10,451 nt of DNA from Candidatus Eiseniibacteriota bacterium. GTDB taxonomy: Bacteria > Eisenbacteria > RBG-16-71-46. A model generated the notes under the pieces. That model was not told where the DNA came from and made no database searches. It saw nothing but the letters and a program-made list of their open reading frames with translations. Shown one piece after another: positions 7,233-10,451 of this stretch (the stretch's first letter is position 1; each line of letters starts with the position of its first letter). The stretch spans positions 1 through 10,451 of the forward strand of contig JANLOX010000037.1 in the NCBI GenBank assembly GCA_031366795.1. The letters run 5' to 3'. The translations under genes were made by a program, and so were the position numbers.

Positions 7233-9134
7233 ATGACGCCGCCACCCAAATCGATGAGCCCGCGCCGCAGCCCGAAGCCCGCCGCTACGCCGGGCGCGCA
7301 GGCCCCCGCGAGCCGGCCCAACACGTGGCTCCTCGCGCTGGTCGCCGCGGTCGTGGCGCTGCTCACGCTGTTCGCCTACCGCAACGTGTTTGACCACGCC
7401 TTCCTCGACTGGGACGACGTGAGCTATGTCCGCGAGAACGTGCTCGTGCTGGGCAAGCACTACGCGGCGCTGGTGCGCGCGATCGTGTCGCACAACTTCC
7501 ACCCGCTGACGATGTTCACGCTCGCGTGGAACGTGGATACCCCGCTGTCGCCGCGGCCGTTCCTCGCGACGAACGTCGCCCTCCATGTGCTCAACACGCT
7601 GCTCGTGTTCTGGCTCGCGTGGTTGCTGTCGCAGCGGCGGCTGTTCGTCGCGGCCTTCGTGGCGCTGGTGTTCGGCATCCACCCCATGCACGTCGAGTCC
7701 GTGGCGTGGATCGCCGAGCGCAAGGATGTTCTTTACGGGTTATTTTTCATCGCGGGTCTGATTGCCTACACGAAGCACCTCGAGCGACCCGCGATGCGGC
7801 TGCTGCTCATAGCGTTCGCGTGCTTCGTGCTGTCGTGCCTGAGCAAGGGCATGGCGGTGTCGTTCCCGTTGGTGATGTTGGTGATCGACTTCTGGAAGCG
7901 GCGGCCCTTGCTCGAGCGACGCGGCATTCTGGAGAAGTTGCCGTTCTTCGCTGTCGCGCTGCTGTTCGGTCTGATCGCGGTCGATGCACAACGTGGTGGC
8001 AACTTTCACGGTTTGCTTCAGGTCGTCGGCCCGGGGGGCAAGGTCAGCGGGATATTGCAGTCGCTGTCCACGATGCAACGGCTGACGCTGCCGACGTACG
8101 CATTCATGATGTACGTTTGGAAATTGCTCGTACCCGCGAACCTGTGCGCCCTGAATCCCTTCCCGACGCCGGCTGAAGCCGCGCGTCCTGCGTACCAACT
8201 CGCGCCGCTGTTCATGCTCGCCGCGTTCGCATTGGCGGCATGGGATGCGCGCCGCAGCCGTATCATCACGTTCGGCGTCGGCTGGTACGCGGCGACGGTA
8301 GTACTCGTACTGCAGTGGATTCCCGTGGGACAGGCGATCACCGCGGATCGCTACAGTTACCTGCCCTATATTGGGCTCGCATTCATGTGGGCGATGGGGC
8401 TCGCGAGGCTGACCGAACGCAGCCGCGTACTCGGTATCGCGTTATGGTGCGCGAGTGCGCTGTTCGCGCTAACGCTCATCGGCCGCACCAGTGCACAGGC
8501 CGAGACATGGCGCGACGATGGCGCGCTCTGGACCCGCGCCATCGAGGTCCACCCGCAATCCGACCAGGCCTACGTCTATCGCGGCGGCTACTTCCTGCGC
8601 GAGGGTAAGCTCCCCGCAGCCCGGCGCGACTACGAGACCGCAGAGCGGCTCGGCAACCGCACCGCCGCGCTCTACACCGGGCTCGGCTCGGTCTATGGCG
8701 CCATGGGGCTGGCCGATTCCGCGCGCGCCATGTTCGACCGTGCGCTCGAGCTGGGCCCCGGTACGGGGCGCCTGTACTACGATCGCGGCATCGCGCTGGC
8801 GATGTTAGGCAGGCGTGACGAGGCACTGCGCGACCTGGATCACGCGCTGGCGCTGTCGCCCGGCCTCGCCATCACCGTGCTGGGCACGCGCGGAACGCTG
8901 CGCGCGCAGATGGGCGATTACCGCGGCGCCGTCGCCGATCTCGACCGCGTCATCGCCGCGGGCTCCGCGGCTCCGGCGGCTCTGCATGCACGCGCGATCT
9001 CGCGATTGCAGACGGGCGACAGCCTCGGCGCGCGGGCTGACCTGCGCGAAACGCTGCGCCGCGATCCCGCAAATGCGAACGCGACCACGCTGCTGCGCGT
9101 GCTCGACGCAAAACTAGCGCCCGACACGCGCTGA
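7233..9134 (+). CDS. TMTC-like GT-C integral membrane glycosyltransferase with C-terminal TPR repeats
   Basis: TM1 then FLDWDD (DD at 7413-7418), FHPLT, NVALH, HPMHVESVAWIAERKDVL, LSKGMA, ADRYSYLP, W(R)DD..LW, followed by several TPR-like repeats (AYVYRG, LYTGLG, LYYDRGIALA, LGTRGTLR). Start placed at ATG 7233 (alternative 7254); the track's 7014 start overlaps the upstream gene. Confidence 0.85.
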   Translation: MTPPPKSMSPRRSPKPAATPGAQAPASRPNTWLLALVAAVVALLTLFAYRNVFDHAFLDWDDVSYVRENVLVLGKHYAALVRAIVSHNFHPLTMFTLAWNVDTPLSPRPFLATNVALHVLNTLLVFWLAWLLSQRRLFVAAFVALVFGIHPMHVESVAWIAERKDVLYGLFFIAGLIAYTKHLERPAMRLLLIAFACFVLSCLSKGMAVSFPLVMLVIDFWKRRPLLERRGILEKLPFFAVALLFGLIAVDAQRGGNFHGLLQVVGPGGKVSGILQSLSTMQRLTLPTYAFMMYVWKLLVPANLCALNPFPTPAEAARPAYQLAPLFMLAAFALAAWDARRSRIITFGVGWYAATVVLVLQWIPVGQAITADRYSYLPYIGLAFMWAMGLARLTERSRVLGIALWCASALFALTLIGRTSAQAETWRDDGALWTRAIEVHPQSDQAYVYRGGYFLREGKLPAARRDYETAERLGNRTAALYTGLGSVYGAMGLADSARAMFDRALELGPGTGRLYYDRGIALAMLGRRDEALRDLDHALALSPGLAITVLGTRGTLRAQMGDYRGAVADLDRVIAAGSAAPAALHARAISRLQTGDSLGARADLRETLRRDPANANATTLLRVLDAKLAPDTR

Positions 9135-9183
9135 GCGCGAAGCGTCGCGGTGGCGCCGGGGAGCCAGTGATCGCGCGCGGGGC

Positions 9184-9939
9184 CTACCGATCGCGCGCCG
9201 GGAACAGCGGTGAGGGGACGAGCCCCATCCGCGCCAGCCGGAATTGCAGCCCCGTCTGCAGGCAGCCAAACCCATAACGCACCGAGCGCGCGAAGTTGAT
9301 CGACGAGGCCTCTGCAAAATACGACGTGGGGCAGGAGATCTCGCCGATCGTGTAGCCGTACCACAGGATCTGCGCGAGGATCTGGTTGTCGAACACGAAG
9401 TCGTCCGAATTGCGCTCGAGCGGCAGCGCCAGCAGCAACTCGCGCGAGAATGCGCGGTAGCCGGAATGGAACTCCGACAGCTTGGAGCCGAGCAAGATGT
9501 TCTCGGTCAGCGTGAGGAAGCGGTTGGCGACGTAGCGCCACCATGGCATGCCGCCCTTGCGCGCGTGGCCACCCAGAATGCGTGAACCGAGCACGCACGA
9601 GTACAGGCCGTTGCCGATCAGGCAGGCGAGGGCCGGGATCAGCTTGGGCGTGTACTGGTAGTCGGGGTGCACCATGATCACGATGTCCGCGCCCGCCGCG
9701 AGCGCCAGGCCATACGCGGTCTTCTGGTTCGCGCCATAGCCACGATTGCGCCGATGGATCTCGACCTGGGTGTTCGGCAGCGTGCGCGCGATGGCGACGG
9801 TTTCATCGCGGCTGGCGTCGTCCACGACGATCACGAGGTCGACGATGCCCTGCGCCATCACCTCGTCGTAGGTGCGCTTCAGCGTGCGCGCCGAGTTGTA
9901 AGCCGGCATCACGACGACCACGCGTTTGCCCAGGAACAT
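9184..9939 (-). CDS. Glycosyltransferase family 2, DPM1/polyprenol-phosphate glycosyltransferase-like
   Basis: VVVVMPAYN, IVVDDASRD, NRGYG, MVHPDYQY, VLGSR, amphipathic MPWWRYVANRFLT, SGYRAFSR, FVFD. GGAGGT SD at 9943-9948. Confidence 0.9.
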   Translation of the reverse strand: MFLGKRVVVVMPAYNSARTLKRTYDEVMAQGIVDLVIVVDDASRDETVAIARTLPNTQVEIHRRNRGYGANQKTAYGLALAAGADIVIMVHPDYQYTPKLIPALACLIGNGLYSCVLGSRILGGHARKGGMPWWRYVANRFLTLTENILLGSKLSEFHSGYRAFSRELLLALPLERNSDDFVFDNQILAQILWYGYTIGEISCPTSYFAEASSINFARSVRYGFGCLQTGLQFRLARMGLVPSPLFPARDR

Positions 9940-10005
9940 GCGACCTCCCGATCCTTCGCTTTCGCCACGACCCGCGCACCAGACGCAGCGCGCACACTCA
10001 CTCCA

Positions 10006-10014
10006 AGCCTACCA
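10006..10014 (-). promoter_or_regulatory. Putative extended -10 (TGgTAGGCT) for the GT2 gene
   Basis: TGnTAnnnT match 66 nt upstream of ATG 9939. Confidence 0.45.
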
Positions 10015-10087
10015 TCCTGCCGGGGGCCTGCGCCCGCCGGGTGGCCCCGCAACGCCCCGCCGCACCCGGCGTCCCGCCCGGTCGTGG

Positions 10088-10096
10088 TGCTAAGCT
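10088..10096 (+). promoter_or_regulatory. Putative extended -10 (TGcTAAGCT) for the DUF6526-like gene
   Basis: TGnTAnnnT match 80 nt upstream of GTG 10177. Confidence 0.45.
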
Positions 10097-10176
10097 GTGC
10101 GCGCTGCCGTATCCCGACCCGAACCATCGCAAGGCGCTATGCAAACGCGCCCCATAGAACCGTCCAGGAGGCTCCT

Positions 10177-10451
10177 GTGGCTGAACCCCAGAACCTGAAG
10201 AACCACCAGCGTATCGTCCCCGGCTTTCACGTCGTGCTCGGGGTGATGTTGTTTGCCAACCTGTATCACGCCGTGCTCATGCTGAGGCACGGGGCTTCCG
10301 GCGCGGGAATAAACGCCTTGATCTTCGCGGTGTCCCTGGGCCTGACCGCGTGGTACGCGCGCGCCTTTGCGCTGGCCGCGCAGGATCGCGTGATCCGGCT
10401 CGAGATGCGGTTGCGCGTGAAGGAGCTCGCGCCGCAGTTGTCCTCGCGCTT
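10177..10451 (+). CDS. DUF6526-like small membrane protein; 3' end runs off the window
   Basis: Absent from the ORF track. AGGAGG at 10166-10171, GTG start: MAEPQNLKNHQRIVPGFHVVLGVMLFANLYHAVLMLRHGASGAGINALIFAVSLGLTAWYARAFALAAQDRVIRLEMRLRVKEL. Two hydrophobic segments; QNxxNH and QDRxIRLEMRLR recalled as DUF6526 features. Confidence 0.8.
   Translation, partial: MAEPQNLKNHQRIVPGFHVVLGVMLFANLYHAVLMLRHGASGAGINALIFAVSLGLTAWYARAFALAAQDRVIRLEMRLRVKELAPQLSSR

Noticed and set aside
9135..9200. Short hairpin and repeated gatcgcgcgc between the convergent genes
   Set aside because: Too short and GC-rich to distinguish from chance; no U-tracts; not a CRISPR or att pattern.
499..9939. One integrated ER-like folding system (VKOR-DsbA plus TMTC-like plus GT2)
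   Set aside because: The loci are over 5 kb apart, separated by unrelated metabolic genes in different transcription units; nothing in the sequence links them.
10105..10140. Fluoride-riboswitch-like GCGATGG on the minus strand
   Set aside because: The pairing partner and downstream conserved elements are missing, and there is no fluoride-related gene.
10139..10198. 19-codon uORF (MQTRPIEPSRRLLWLNPRT) overlapping the DUF6526-like start
   Set aside because: The SD-like AAGGCG is only 2 nt from the ATG; no attenuator-type codon run.

Overview
GC-rich bacterial chromosomal segment with about 11 genes and no mobile element, CRISPR array, tRNA or rRNA visible. Left arm (minus strand): a 43-aa Lys-rich small protein, a VKOR-DsbA fusion and a truncated CatE-like VOC enzyme. 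Centre (plus strand): a translationally coupled trio of a 3-hydroxyacyl-CoA dehydrogenase, acetate kinase and an orphan RsmH-like methyltransferase with an N-terminal extension. These are followed by a class I DAHP synthase, a beta-rich hypothetical protein and a TMTC-like GT-C membrane glycosyltransferase with TPRs. The TMTC-like gene converges on a DPM1-like GT2 gene. Right edge: a truncated DUF6526-like membrane protein. The best candidate for an under-described system is the TMTC-like/GT2 pair, a possible bacterial lipid-linked protein O-glycosylation module. Next come the orphan RsmH paralogue and the small basic protein. All family calls are from motifs recognised by eye, with no database searches.
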